In this document: positions 1-12,700 of the stretch, one piece after another
Layout of the letters: each line of letters begins with the position of its first letter
Position numbering within the stretch: position 1 is the stretch's first letter
Assembly (NCBI GenBank): GCA_964016885.1
Contig: OZ024742.1
Location: 62,062,001-62,126,000 of the forward strand
From: Eledone cirrhosa
Lineage: Eukaryota
DNA: 64,000 nt
Reading direction: 5' to 3'
The notes under the pieces: generated by a model
Told to the model about the DNA's origin: nothing
The model's database searches: none
The model's input: only the letters and a program-made list of their open reading frames with translations
Translations under genes and position numbers: made by a program

Positions 1-1165
1 TATATATATATATATATATAGGAAGGTAAAATATATATCCATACGTTTAGGTTTACAAACACGAGGAACATTACATGTATGTAAGTAGAACGGTTTAAAA
101 TGTAAATTTCTTCGGTCCCAGTCAAATACAAAACGGAAAAAAGAAACATTACTTACGTCTTAAAGAATTTACTTAAACGCCCACATTATATTGAAACATG
201 ACTCCTGTTGTTTATATTAAGAACCACTTTTTGGGGGTTGGAAAAAAATATATATCCACATGTATGTGTTTATATACACATATACCTGTATATTGGACTG
301 TTAAAATTTGTTTTATATACATGTACGTATAGAATGGAAAGGGGAGATAAGTCTGTTTTCCTGGTTTATTCCGTCAATGATTGGTTTAGACTTTGTTGTT
401 CTCTGGCACCACGTCTGAGCACCTGTCTCACATACCTATGATCAAAAGTCAGAGGTTTAGGGTCGTGAGTCAGCCCCAAGACAGTTCACTCATATAACAT
501 TATGCCTTCTAGTCGTTATTTCTGGTAAGAGCTCAGCCGTAGAGCAGAACATTTGCAGAATGCTTTACACGCTACTACATACACATGCGCAAGCGCACAC
601 AATAGCAGCTTTCATCATCAAAACACAAGAGGCTATCCCAGTTTATTTTTAGAGTTTCTCTTTCTATAGAACTATGAAACATGTTCAGACTCGTCTTTAA
701 TATAAATCAATAAATAAACCATCTATAACATAAGACTAAAATTAATAGTGATGTAAGAAACTAATCTATAACTGAAAAACCCTTACATAGCCGTCAAGTT
801 TTCATAGATATAGGACCGGTACTGACTTTTCGCCGACAAGGCAATCGTCTATCTCTAAAGTATCACAACCTAAAAGGATCGGTGTTTTATACAAATTTGG
901 GTAATTTACTATTTTAGGCACTAGAACGCTATTAGCTGTCAATCGAGGCAGCCGATGAAAGCAAAACATCGTTTATTTCCGTATTACTACCACGCGTAAG
1001 TGGAGTTACTTAAATGAAATTTTTTTTTTTATTAAAGCATATATATGTAAGTGGAGTTACTTAAATGAAAATATAGGTGGCCCTTAGAAGGGCCAAATTA
1101 GAATATACCGCTGCGTTTTTACAGTTTCACTAGTTACACATACACACACACATATATATGTATAC

Positions 1166-1246
1166 ACACGGTGTCCCCTCCAAAATATATACACACTTTG
1201 ATTACTTTGCTGTTGAAGTGTGTATACATTTTTGGGGACACTGTGT
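1166..1246. mobile_element. Tiny Tc1/mariner-type MITE
   Basis: Imperfect TIRs acacggtgtcccc..caaaatatatacacactt / aagtgtgtatacatttttggggacactgtgt inside TA/CA repeats. Confidence 0.55.
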
Positions 1247-1276
1247 TTGTATGTATATATATATATATATATATAT

Positions 1277-2337
1277 ATTGTATGAGTTTTGTTTTAGTCT
1301 CATTCATTCTCAGCCCCACACTCATCGACACAGTCTCAACCTCCCGCATCAAATCCTCTGCCTCCTTCACTGTATTTGTCACCAAAACTATGTCGTCGGC
1401 AAATTCAGCATCCGATACCTTTTTCGCCCCAACTCTCCTGCTCTGAGCCGGTGCTACAGTAAAGCCAGTGTCCTGGTGTTTCTCCAGTGCAAGGCGCATA
1501 CAATAGTCCACTACGATGATAAAAAGGTAGGGAGCCAATGTATCTCCCTGGAGCACTCCAGCCAGTATCTCAAAGAACTCTGTCATCCCATCAGGTGTAA
1601 TGACTTGGGCTTTGGTGTTGGTGTAGAGCAGTGATATCAGGTCCACTATCCTCTTGGGGATTCCATAAGCCTGTAAGATCTTCATCAGAATGTTGAGAAG
1701 CCAGAGGGGATCACTAATGTAGGCGGGAAGCCGCTGGAATTGGTTGAGGACTTCCTGTATTTGGGAGCAAAGATTGGGAATACGGAAGATGATGTGGTTG
1801 AGAGGAAGAGCAAGGCCTGGGCGGCGTGTCACAGCTTGAGATCGGTGTGGAAGTCGGACCTTCGTAGAGACCTGAAAATCCGCCTCTTCATTGCTGTAGT
1901 GGAGTCTGTGCTGCTGTATGGGTCTGAGACTTGGACACTGACCAAGAGACTCACTCAGATGGTGGATGGGTGCTACACGAGAATGCTGAGGATGGCTCTG
2001 AACATTAATCAGTATACACTGAGGATGAAAAACTCAGAGCTGTATGGAAGCATCCCAAAAGTCAGCTCAAAAGTGACGCAGAGGAGACTGAGGTTGGCTG
2101 GACATGCTCACCGACATCCAGAGTTGACATTGCACTCAGTGCTCCTTTGGGAGCCCCTACATGGACACACTAGAAGAGGAAGACCAAGGTTAACATATGT
2201 TGATGCCCTAAGTACAGACACTGGTCTGTTGGAGATGCAGGATATGGCAGCGATAATGAGGGACAGAGACCGCTGGAGAGAACTCGTCCATGGATCTCGG
2301 GAATTTTACCCGCCTTAGATAGATAGATTGTATGAGT
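1277..2337 (+). mobile_element. 5'-truncated RTE-clade LINE with inverted 5' segment
   Basis: Minus strand ~1282-1688 encodes RT motifs (GVLQGDTLAP, FADD). Plus strand ~1687-2318 continues with EDFLYLG, LLYGSETW and RRLRLAGH. There is an (AGAT)n tail and an 11-bp TSD attgtatgagt at 1277-1287 and 2327-2337. Confidence 0.9.
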
Positions 2338-2393
2338 ACATGTATTGAGTACCTTACTTACTGTGGTTATCCCCGACTCAACCCGGGACCTAC

Positions 2394-2434
<41 letters not shown>

Positions 2435-2780
2435 GGGAAGGGAGAAAGTTTTGGATGCTATACCTGACAATAAAAAACCAAAATACACCCCTAACATTTG
2501 TCGGAAATCAATCACGAGAGTAGATAAATAAATATATAATTACATAAATAAGAAATGATAGAAAAGGAAAAGAAAATCCCTACATTATGTAATATTCCCA
2601 GTCACCCTTAAATTTTCCCTAAATTTGAAAACCAGGAGGGGAAAGTCCAAGGGTTAAAATCCCAAATGATGGTACCTCAAATACTAGTGTATCCCTTCGC
2701 ATTACAGTTTAAAGCAATACATATGATCGCTTTGATGACTCTTGTTCGTTTCTAAGGGTCTCGTTTTTTCTCTTCTTTCT

Positions 2781-2850
<70 letters not shown>

Positions 2851-2855
<5 letters not shown>

Positions 2856-3171
2856 GATATTAATAAATGGAAACTATATTTATAAAACCATATTAATTCA
2901 TTATACATATTTCAGGGATACCAAATTAAATTATGGTATGCCTTCATCAGACAAAATACAATATATAACAGTTTTACAAATAAGCTTTGACGTACCCTAT
3001 TAAAATGCAACCATTATTTTTGGAAGCCATCCGGTTTTATAAATATGGTTTTATAAATATAGTTTCCGTTTATTAATATCGTATATCTACTCCAAATACT
3101 TGTCGAGTGCTTTATATCAGTTATAAAAATATTTACTTGTTGTATCCCAACAATTTTAAATAGAACTTTTG

Positions 3172-3175
<4 letters not shown>
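2851..3175. mobile_element. Short non-autonomous PLE-like element with terminal inversion
   Basis: A ~45-bp inverted repeat (2851-2894 vs 3042-3085), a hammerhead-like fold on the minus strand, the tcgagtgct end motif, and (TA)n on both sides. Confidence 0.55.
2897..2955 (-). ncRNA. Minimal type I hammerhead ribozyme-like motif (degenerate)
   Basis: Minus strand reads tttgt CTGATGA agg-c-atacca..tggtat-c-cct GAAA tatgta TA atgaa. Stem I needs two GU pairs. Confidence 0.5.
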
Positions 3176-3209
<34 letters not shown>

Positions 3210-3223
3210 TTTTAATATAGATG

Positions 3224-3274
3224 AGATTCTACAGGACTAGAACTGTTTCATTCTTTAGAAATCATCAGGAATCT
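3224..3274 (-). ncRNA. Type I hammerhead ribozyme (copy in left outer arm)
   Basis: Reverse complement of 9989-10039. Confidence 0.8.
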
Positions 3275-3846
3275 GGGTATCAAAAAATAAATATGGTATT
3301 TATAGGTCTCTACAAGTGGTAGGAGAGGGTGGGGAGTGGGATGGGTGTAGGTCATTGGTTGATAGAAAAGGGAATTCATTAAAAGCTAATTCTACAAAGC
3401 TATAGTTTATTTTTATTAATTTTTGTTTTTAGAGTAACAAAGGCAGACAGAATTCTATAAACAGGTTCCGGATGGCATACCATTCCTTGTCATTAAGTTT
3501 CTCTTAAGCTAACAGATGTCTATAAGATCAGTGGGGGGTCAGTCATGGTAGATAGAATTAAAGGAAAGGGAGATTCTATAAAAGCTAAATTCATTAAGGT
3601 TCTACTAAGTGACAAAGGTTTAGAGAATTCTGTAGACAGATTCAAAATACTGAGTGCAAATCTTACAATTATCTTCGAACTTCTCTTAAACTAATCAACT
3701 ATATGCCAAAAATCAACAGACACATTCACAAAAAAACACACTCACTCACACACTCGCGCGCAACAATAAACACACATACACATACACATATACACACATA
3801 AAACACACACACATATATATAAATATATATATATATATACATATAT

Positions 3847-3935
<89 letters not shown>

Positions 3936-4038
3936 CATACACACATACATATATATACACACAACCACACATATATACACTCACACACATACATACATAC
4001 ACACAAATATACATGTGTATACAAATACATATATATAC

Positions 4039-4147
<109 letters not shown>

Positions 4148-4205
4148 AAACACACACATACACATATATATATATATATATACATATACACACACATACA
4201 CACAA

Positions 4206-4252
<47 letters not shown>

Positions 4253-4353
4253 AACAAATATATACATTTACATACACACACACACACACATACATACATA
4301 TATATATACACACACACACACACATATACACATATATAAGGAAAAAGCACCAA

Positions 4354-4386
<33 letters not shown>

Positions 4387-4424
4387 GAGTGAGAGATACA
4401 CCATGTGTATATATGTATATATAT

Positions 4425-4474
<50 letters not shown>

Positions 4475-4585
4475 GCATGTGTATGTGTGTGTATATATGT
4501 GTATGTGTGTGTGTGTGTATATATGTGTGTGTATGTGTATGTGTGTGTATATATATGTGTGTATGTATGTGTGTATGTGTGTATA

Positions 4586-4637
<52 letters not shown>

Positions 4638-4647
4638 AACCAGTAAG

Positions 4648-4741
4648 ACCCCGACAGCTGAGCTCAAGCCGTTTCGACGGCTAATTCTGGACTAAATGAA
4701 AATTTATCCTGGTATTTAAATAGCCGATCTTCTCAAGGGGT
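4648..4741 (-). ncRNA. Type I hammerhead ribozyme, U3-A8 core variant (intact stems)
   Basis: Minus strand reads acccc TTGAGAA ga-t-cggcta...tagccg-tc GAAA cggct-tgagctc-agctg TC ggggt. Confidence 0.7.
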
Positions 4742-5105
4742 AATTCCATATATGGTCAAAGTGATTGTCAAAAATCAGTAGTAATTCTGTGGTTGCAAAT
4801 TAGTAGGGGAGATGGTGGCTAAACCTGCCAGTAGGAGAAAGAGGGGAGGGGGTGGAGTAGACCCAATCAAGCGTTGGTAGTGCCAGCTACAGCTGGGCAT
4901 GAGGTCAAAGAAGATACAGGGGAGGGGGAGGGGGAGGAAGTCGGAACGGTAGGTAGAACAATGGGGGGTAGAAATAGGAAAGAAAAATACTGAGAGTGAA
5001 GAAAAGCAAATAAGTGTAAAGAAAAAAGTAAAGTAAATTAAATTCTACGACCTAGGTGTCAGGCTATTGTTAGGCGAGAATAAAATAAAGAAAGAAAGAA
5101 AGAAG

Positions 5106-5136
<31 letters not shown>

Positions 5137-5648
5137 GGAAATAAGTAAAAGAACTAGGTGGGACGAAATAGGCAAGGACCCTTTTAAGAGGTATAAGTAC
5201 GTAAATGATACGGTGACGGGTCAACAAAAGGGGCCAAAATACTAAAGAGACTACCACGAAATAAACAATAAAGGTTTCCATCCCGGGCCAGCAACGACCC
5301 AGTGCAGCAAAGTGAACTTGTACGAGATAATAATTCTGAGTCCCGAGAAAAATATATACTAATGCTAACTCTAAAAGATCTAAAACAAGCTACATGAAAG
5401 TTCGTACGAAATAAAGGTAGAATACGGAGAAATAAATTCAGAATCCACCCCGCCCAGAAGAAAAGCGAAGCAAGAAATACTGAAACGAAAAAATAAGGCA
5501 TAAGTGCCACTAAGAAATATAGAGGGCACAGAGAATAGTGGGAGCGGTCGGAAAAAGGGGGCAAGTATCCGGGGTCTAAGCCAACTGCTATAAAGGGCGG
5601 AGTCCGCCAAATCTATCATAGACTAGGGGAGGGGGTGGTGGGGGTAAA

Positions 5649-6917
5649 TGGATAAAAAGAGCTCCCGACTCACCCTTCGACGTCAGCATGGGCGCCACGG
5701 ATTCGGCGGAGGTCACTGATCTTATAGGATTATTCCTAATAGCCAAACTCACTGATATGTTTCCTGCATTCGGTGGTGGATTGTACCGTGATGATGGGCT
5801 CCTTACCCTTAAAGGGTACAACCCCAGTAGTACAGATCGGGTCCGGAAACAATTAATCAGATTCTTCCGCGACTGGGGATTTAAAATAACCCTACAAACA
5901 TCCCTGACCCGAGTAAACTTCCTGGACGTAACCCTCGACCTCGAAAACGACCTGTACTACCCATACAGGAAACCTAATGACAATCTGCACTACATCCACC
6001 GCCGATCAAACCATCCTAGGAACATCACAAACAACCTGGTCAAAAACATCTCCCTCCGCATATCCCGTTTGTCAGCTAATGAGCGGATATTCGATGAACA
6101 TGCGCCTTATTACAACCAGGCCCTCGAGCGGAGTGGTTTCCGGGAGGAAATATCCTACTGTCCAGCTCCCATTAGCGGAACCAGCAGGAGACACCGCCGC
6201 TCACGCAATGTAACATGGTTCAATCCTCCCCACAACGCAGAGGTGACTACTCCCATCGGGAAACTATTCTTTAGGCTCATTGAAAAACACTTCCCATTAC
6301 AACACCGCTACCACAACATAATTAACAAAAATACCATCAAACTCTCTTACAGCACTACACCAAACTTCGCACAAAACATCGTCTCCTCTAACAACAAAAA
6401 ACTCAACCCCGATGGCAGAAATAACCTAAATAGCAGTGGAGAACCGACCAGGAGGTGTAACTGCCCGGATAGATCTATTTGCCCACTCGACAATAGATGC
6501 AGAGACCGTAATGTGATCTACCAGTGCAACGTGAGGACGGATACCTCCAACAAAGCCTATATAGGACTTACCGCATGTGACTTCAAGACCCGGCTATACC
6601 AACATAGACATAGCTTCCGAAACCCGGCCCGGCGTCACGCAACTACACTTTCGGGCCACATATGGGACCTCAAGGACAACAACATCACCTATGATCTCAC
6701 TTGGAGATTACTGTCCAGAGCCAATTCTTACACGGGAGGACGCCGTCCGTGCAATTTATGCTCGGAGGAAACTTTACAAATGCTGTTTTCGACGGACCAA
6801 CTCCTAAACAAGAAAGATGAACTGGTTACTGCATGTAAACATAGATTGCGTAGGACTTACCTCGCCCTCAAACCCCATAATGACCCGGGGGGGGGGGGGG
6901 GTAGACTAGGGCTATAA
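5649..6917 (+). CDS. Penelope-like RT (C-terminal part) + linker + GIY-YIG endonuclease, N-terminally truncated
   Basis: Motifs WIKR..PFDVSMGATDSAEVTDLIG, GLYRDDGL, VNFLDVTLDL, YRKP, SNHP, WFNPP, CNC..CPL..C, VIYQC...AYIGLT and CNLCSEE. The frame is open from the inversion junction at ~5647. Confidence 0.92.
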   Translation, partial: WIKRAPDSPFDVSMGATDSAEVTDLIGLFLIAKLTDMFPAFGGGLYRDDGLLTLKGYNPSSTDRVRKQLIRFFRDWGFKITLQTSLTRVNFLDVTLDLENDLYYPYRKPNDNLHYIHRRSNHPRNITNNLVKNISLRISRLSANERIFDEHAPYYNQALERSGFREEISYCPAPISGTSRRHRRSRNVTWFNPPHNAEVTTPIGKLFFRLIEKHFPLQHRYHNIINKNTIKLSYSTTPNFAQNIVSSNNKKLNPDGRNNLNSSGEPTRRCNCPDRSICPLDNRCRDRNVIYQCNVRTDTSNKAYIGLTACDFKTRLYQHRHSFRNPARRHATTLSGHIWDLKDNNITYDLTWRLLSRANSYTGGRRPCNLCSEETLQMLFSTDQLLNKKDELVTACKHRLRRTYLALKPHNDPGGGGGRLGL

Positions 6918-7620
6918 CACCCCACTTGCCGATTTTGCAATGGGTAACCCCTGCTTGCCAAGGAAGACGTAAGATCTTCTTTGTATTCTTTTATCGCTTC
7001 CTTTATTTCCTTCCCCCCTCTCTCCTTTGTCCTTCTACCCCAGCTCTTCTCCTTTGTCGGCGTCTTTTCTCACCCACCCGAGGCTGCCCTTTGGCCCCAT
7101 GTAGCCTTAGTACCCCCACCACCCCCTCCCCTAGTCTATGATAGATTTGGCGGACTCCGCCCTTTATAGCAGTTGGCTTAGACCCCGGATACTTGCCCCC
7201 TTTTTCCGACCGCTCCCACTATTCTCTGTGCCCTCTATATTTCTTAGTGGCACTTATGCCTTATTTTTTCGTTTCAGTATTTCTTGCTTCGCTTTTCTTC
7301 TGGGCGGGGTGGATTCTGAATTTATTTCTCCGTATTCTACCTTTATTTCGTACGAACTTTCATGTAGCTTGTTTTAGATCTTTTAGAGTTAGCATTAGTA
7401 TATATTTTTCTCGGGACTCAGAATTATTATCTCGTACAAGTTCACTTTGCTGCACTGGGTCGTTGCTGGCCCGGGATGGAAACCTTTATTGTTTATTTCG
7501 TGGTAGTCTCTTTAGTATTTTGGCCCCTTTTGTTGACCCGTCACCGTATCATTTACGTACTTATACCTCTTAAAAGGGTCCTTGCCTATTTCGTCCCACC
7601 TAGTTCTTTTACTTATTTCC

Positions 7621-7651
<31 letters not shown>

Positions 7652-8016
7652 CTTCTTTCTTTCTTTCTTTATTTTATTCTCGCCTAACAATAGCCTGACA
7701 CCTAGGTCGTAGAATTTAATTTACTTTACTTTTTTCTTTACACTTATTTGCTTTTCTTCACTCTCAGTATTTTTTCTTTCCTATTTCTACCCCCCATTGT
7801 TCTACCTACCGTTCCGACTTCCTCCCCCTCCCCCTCCCCTGTATCTTCTTTGACCTCATGCCCAGCTGTAGCTGGCACTACCAACGCTTGATTGGGTCTA
7901 CTCCACCCCCTCCCCTCTTTCTCCTACTGGCAGGTTTAGCCACCATCTCCCCTACTAATTTGCAACCACAGAATTACTACTGATTTTTGACAATCACTTT
8001 GACCATATATGGAATT

Positions 8017-8110
8017 ACCCCTTGAGAAGATCGGCTATTTAAATACCAGGATAAATTTTCATTTAGTCCAGAATTAACCGTCGAAACTGCTTGAGCTCAG
8101 CTGTCGGGGT
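8017..8110 (+). ncRNA. Type I hammerhead ribozyme, U3-A8 core variant (two stem mismatches)
   Basis: Same fold as 4648-4741, with substitutions at 8077 (stem II) and 8088 (stem III). The GUC triplet is at 8103-8105. Confidence 0.6.
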
Positions 8111-8201
8111 CTTACTGGTTCCTATTACCCACTCTACTACCTCAAGTATTGAGTACTTTGGTGCGTTATGGTCCACCTGGTTCCTTACCACATTTCCTTC
8201 G

Positions 8202-8291
<90 letters not shown>

Positions 8292-8469
8292 ATGTATATA
8301 TGTGTATATATATTTGTATATGTATGTATGTATGTATGTGTGTATGTGTGTATGTATGTGTGTGTGTGTGTATATGTATATATGTGTATATATATTGTGT
8401 GTGTGTGTGTATGTGTATATATATATGTGTATATGTATGTTTGTGTATGTATGTGTGTATGTGTGTATA

Positions 8470-8512
<43 letters not shown>

Positions 8513-8692
8513 GTGTGTGTATGTATATATGTGTATATATATTTGTATATGTATGTATGTATGTATGTATGTGTGTATGTGTGTATGTATGTGTGTGTGT
8601 GTATGTATATATGTGTATATATATTGTGTGTGTGTGTATGTGTATATATATATGTGTATATGTATGTTTGTGTATGTATATATATATATGTG

Positions 8693-8744
<52 letters not shown>

Positions 8745-8847
8745 TGTGTGTATATATGTGTATGTATTTGTGTATGTATGTGTGTGTATGTGTGTATATA
8801 TATATATATATATATGAATATATGTATGAATGGTGTATCTCTCACTC

Positions 8848-8878
<31 letters not shown>

Positions 8879-8977
8879 TTGGTGCTTTTTCCTTATATAT
8901 GTGTATATGTGTGTGTGTGTGTATATATATATGTATGTATGTGTGTGTGTGTGTGTATGTAAATGTATATATTTGTT

Positions 8978-9044
<67 letters not shown>

Positions 9045-9053
9045 TTGTGTGTA

Positions 9054-9102
<49 letters not shown>

Positions 9103-9114
9103 ATGTGTGTGTTT

Positions 9115-9158
<44 letters not shown>

Positions 9159-9337
9159 AAACACACACATACACACATATATATATATATATATATGTAT
9201 GTATGTGTATATATATGTATTCGTATACACATGTATATTTGTGTGTATGTATGTATGTGTGTGAGTGTATATATATGTGTGGTTGTGTGTATATATATGT
9301 ATGTGTGTATGTATATATATATATATATATGTGTGTA

Positions 9338-9416
<79 letters not shown>

Positions 9417-9988
9417 ATAAAGTATATATATATATATATTTATATATATGTGTGTGTGTTTTTATGTGTATATATGTGTATGTGTATGTGTGTTTATTGT
9501 TGCGCGCGAGTGTGTGAGTGAGTGTGTTTTTTTGTGAATGTGTCTGTTGATTCTTGGCATATAGTTGATTAGTTTAAGAGAAGTTCGAAGATAATTGTAC
9601 GATTTGCACTCAGTATTTTGAATCTGTCTACAGAATTCTCTAAATCTTTGTCACTTAGTAGAACCTTAATGAATTTACCTTTTATAGAATCTCCCTTTCC
9701 TTTAATTCTATCTACCATGACTGACCCCCCACTGATCTTATAGACATCTGTTAGCTTAAGAGAAACTTAATGACAAGGAATGGTATGCCATCCGGAACCT
9801 GTTTATAGAATTCTGTCTGCCTTTGTTACTCTAAAAACAAAAATTAATAAAAATAAACTATAGCTTTGTAGAATTAGCTTTTAATGAATTCCCTTTTCTA
9901 TCAACCAATGACCTACACCCATCCCACTCCCCACCCCCTCCTACCACTTGTAGAGACCTATAAATACCATATTTATTTTTTGATACCC

Positions 9989-10039
9989 AGATTCCTGATG
10001 ATTTCTAAAGAATGAAACAGTTCTAGTCCTGTAGAATCT
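9989..10039 (+). ncRNA. Type I hammerhead ribozyme
   Basis: agattc CTGATGA t-ttct-aa-agaa-t GAAA cag-ttctagtc-ctg TA gaatct. Stems I, II and III pair, the core is canonical, and the GUA triplet predicts cleavage after 10033. Confidence 0.8.
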
Positions 10040-10121
10040 CATCTATATTAAAACTTTTATACTCTGCAATGTATTGAGTACCTTACTTCCTGTGGTTACC
10101 TCCGATTCAACCCGGAATAAC

Positions 10122-10164
<43 letters not shown>

Positions 10165-10253
10165 AAAATCTTTCCCTCTGTCTATCTCTTTCCCTCTCTG
10201 TCTATCTTTTGCCATAAAAACGATAATGATAATCAATTCAATTAAGAAATATA

Positions 10254-10312
<59 letters not shown>

Positions 10313-10667
10313 GTATTATTATTAAAATTAAATACCATTTATTCTGCGGCAGAGAGCTTCATCTTCCCAGAATCGTAGTACTGGTCGTTATTGTATGTGT
10401 GTGTTTCTGCGTATATATATATGTGTGGTGTATATACGCATTCACATATTTAGAGGTAATATGACGTGAACACAATCACGTGACAAATCACATTATTCTT
10501 TCAAAAGGAAAAGTTTGGCGCCATTTTCCTCCAGGGAATAGCGCGTCAACAAACGCAAGAGAAAAGAAGAAGCAAAAGATAAGAAAATGGTAAATAATAT
10601 CATTTTCCATTTATTAATATATTGTATATATATGTATGTATGTATATATGTATATATATATATATAT

Positions 10668-12700
10668 AATGAGAATCTAAATTATGTTAATTTTAAATCT
10701 AACCACCCCACTAACATTAAAAATGCTATAGTTAGTAATATTGGAAAAAGAATATCAAACCTATCATCTAATAAAAATTATCTTTGATGCTAACGCCAAT
10801 TACTATAATAATGCGCTTTCTAAAGCGGGTTATCCTGATAAAATCAAATACAGTAAAGAAACCAATCCTAGAAGATCTTACAGTAAAATAATTAATTATG
10901 ATCATTCCAATAACATAAATAAAAGACCTAGATACAAAAATATAATCTGGTATAATGCTCCTTTCTCTATTTCTATTAATAATAATATTCCTAAATTATT
11001 CTTTAGTGCCTTAAATAAATGCTTCCCTCCCTCACATATCTATAGTAAAATATTTAACAAACATACAATAACATTTTCCTATTCCACCTCCTCCAACATC
11101 TCCAACATTATCTCTAAACACAACAATAACATTTCCTTCCAACACTGAATGTCATAATAATAGCAGTAGTACTCCTGACGTCATTGTTAACTCTAGGCTA
11201 GTTTCTGCAAACTCAAATACGACGTCAAACGTAACTTCGTCAAATGTTCTTAATACCAATCTAAATCAGGAAACTATTATTCCTATCGTAAATAACTTCT
11301 CCAATCCAATTCCTCCTATAGATAACACTAGGTCACTTGTTAATAGCTCTGTTAATTTCTCTAATCGCAATTGTAATTGCTCTGTTAAAAATAAATGTCC
11401 TCTCAACAACCATTGTCTTGAAAAAAACTTAGTTGTTGAAGAATATATGAAACTTAGATGTTGAAGAATATATGAAAGAACTGCTTGATTCTTCTGACTC
11501 CCGAGTACAGATATTTCTAAATCATTTACTTAAAGAATGGAAGACACCTGTGATAAAACAACTTGTCAACTCTAAACAGTCGACCAAACAAACCAGTGCC
11601 AGTAATTCTAATAATCGACAAAAAACTCAGACACTACCATCTAAACTTTCCAACAATACAGAACCTTCCAAAAATATACCCATCTTTCTACCTTATTTCA
11701 ATATTATTTATTATACATTATATAATACTAGTTACTCATTCTATATCATTCCTATTTATCACTTTCCTTTCTTCCTCTTTTCTTTTAATTTCTAACCTCT
11801 AATCTGTACTTTTTCTTCCTAACTACTTCTCAATTCTTATTATTACTCACCACAACATATCCACTCTTCCATCTTTCTTCATATCATTGGCCATAAAAAT
11901 TATTATTACCTTTTAAATACTTTATAGCATTACCTTTAAAAATCCTTCGTAAACATAAACATTTTTTTGACGTTAGATTATTCCTCCTCAGTTCATTATA
12001 TTTTTCTCCCTTTCATGCTCGTCTGACTTTTACATATCACACATCACAATACATAAAAACAAACTTAAACCCTAACTAATCTCCTTTATTACATTATATT
12101 ATTACCATTAGAAAATACTTCATAAACATATATATATTGATGTTAGAGTCTTCTCTTCCTTAAACACTATTTTCTTCTTTGCTTTCTGCGCTCATTTGTA
12201 AATGAACAATAATAATTCTTAGGGGTATAAAAACCCTAGAAAATGCTATTTTCATCATTTCTAAAAATATCAAAACAATTGATGCTTTGAATAGGGACAA
12301 ATAGAAGTCGTTAGACATGCCCAACCAACCGTGATGCCTAAACCAATCAGCTTCAGTAATCCAGTGAAACTACACACCGATTGGTCGAAATACAGTTTGC
12401 AAAATTAGCATTCTGTAGCCGCTTTTCACTGTATATAAGGCACAAAATTTACCCATCTCATTACAGTTGAAAATTGTAAACTTGACTGTCACCACAGAAT
12501 ATGAACCTGAAGATTGCGAAAGCATGAAATTACTTGTTCAATTAACACTTAACACTTAATATTCTACCATACTATTCCATTCTAATACCATTATAATTTT
12601 AAAGGATTGTAAATAAAACGAGTAAATCAGACAAAGTTGGAATTCCTTTTATTAATATAATCTTCTATACACAATCATACCCACCCGTGTATATTTATTT
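10668..12700 (+). mobile_element. Second, AT-rich, decayed Penelope-like element (thumb/linker remnant + 3' region)
   Basis: LNYVNFKSNHP..IGKRISNLSSN, a frameshift, then YYNNALSKAGY, IIWYNAPFS, FSYST and CNCSVKNKCPLNNHC, all homologous to ORF 5649-6917. Flanked by (TA)n. Confidence 0.85.
12502..12540 (+). ncRNA. Minimal type I hammerhead ribozyme-like motif
   Basis: tgaac CTGAAGA t-tgc-gaaa-gca-t GAAA ttac TT gttca. Stem I is a perfect 5 bp and stem III is 1 bp, as in PLE minimal hammerheads. Confidence 0.65.

Larger units (their letters stand above)
4633..8202 (+). mobile_element. Inner Penelope-like retroelement, 5'-truncated, with inverted pseudo-LTR (4633-5646 / 7111-8125)
   Basis: The ~1-kb arms are nearly identical: the ORF track gives identical translations on opposite strands. 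The RT/GIY-YIG ORF lies between them, and a tail 8126-8202 runs into (TA)n. Confidence 0.92.

Noticed and set aside
420-540. H/ACA snoRNA on the minus strand (ends gagACAggt)
   Set aside because: I could not identify the two-hairpin structure or a properly placed H box by eye.
5045-7712. Mirror-image F/L-rich ORFs (78-126 aa) on both strands
   Set aside because: They are by-products of the pyrimidine-rich PLE 3' region duplicated in inverted arms, with no recognisable motifs.
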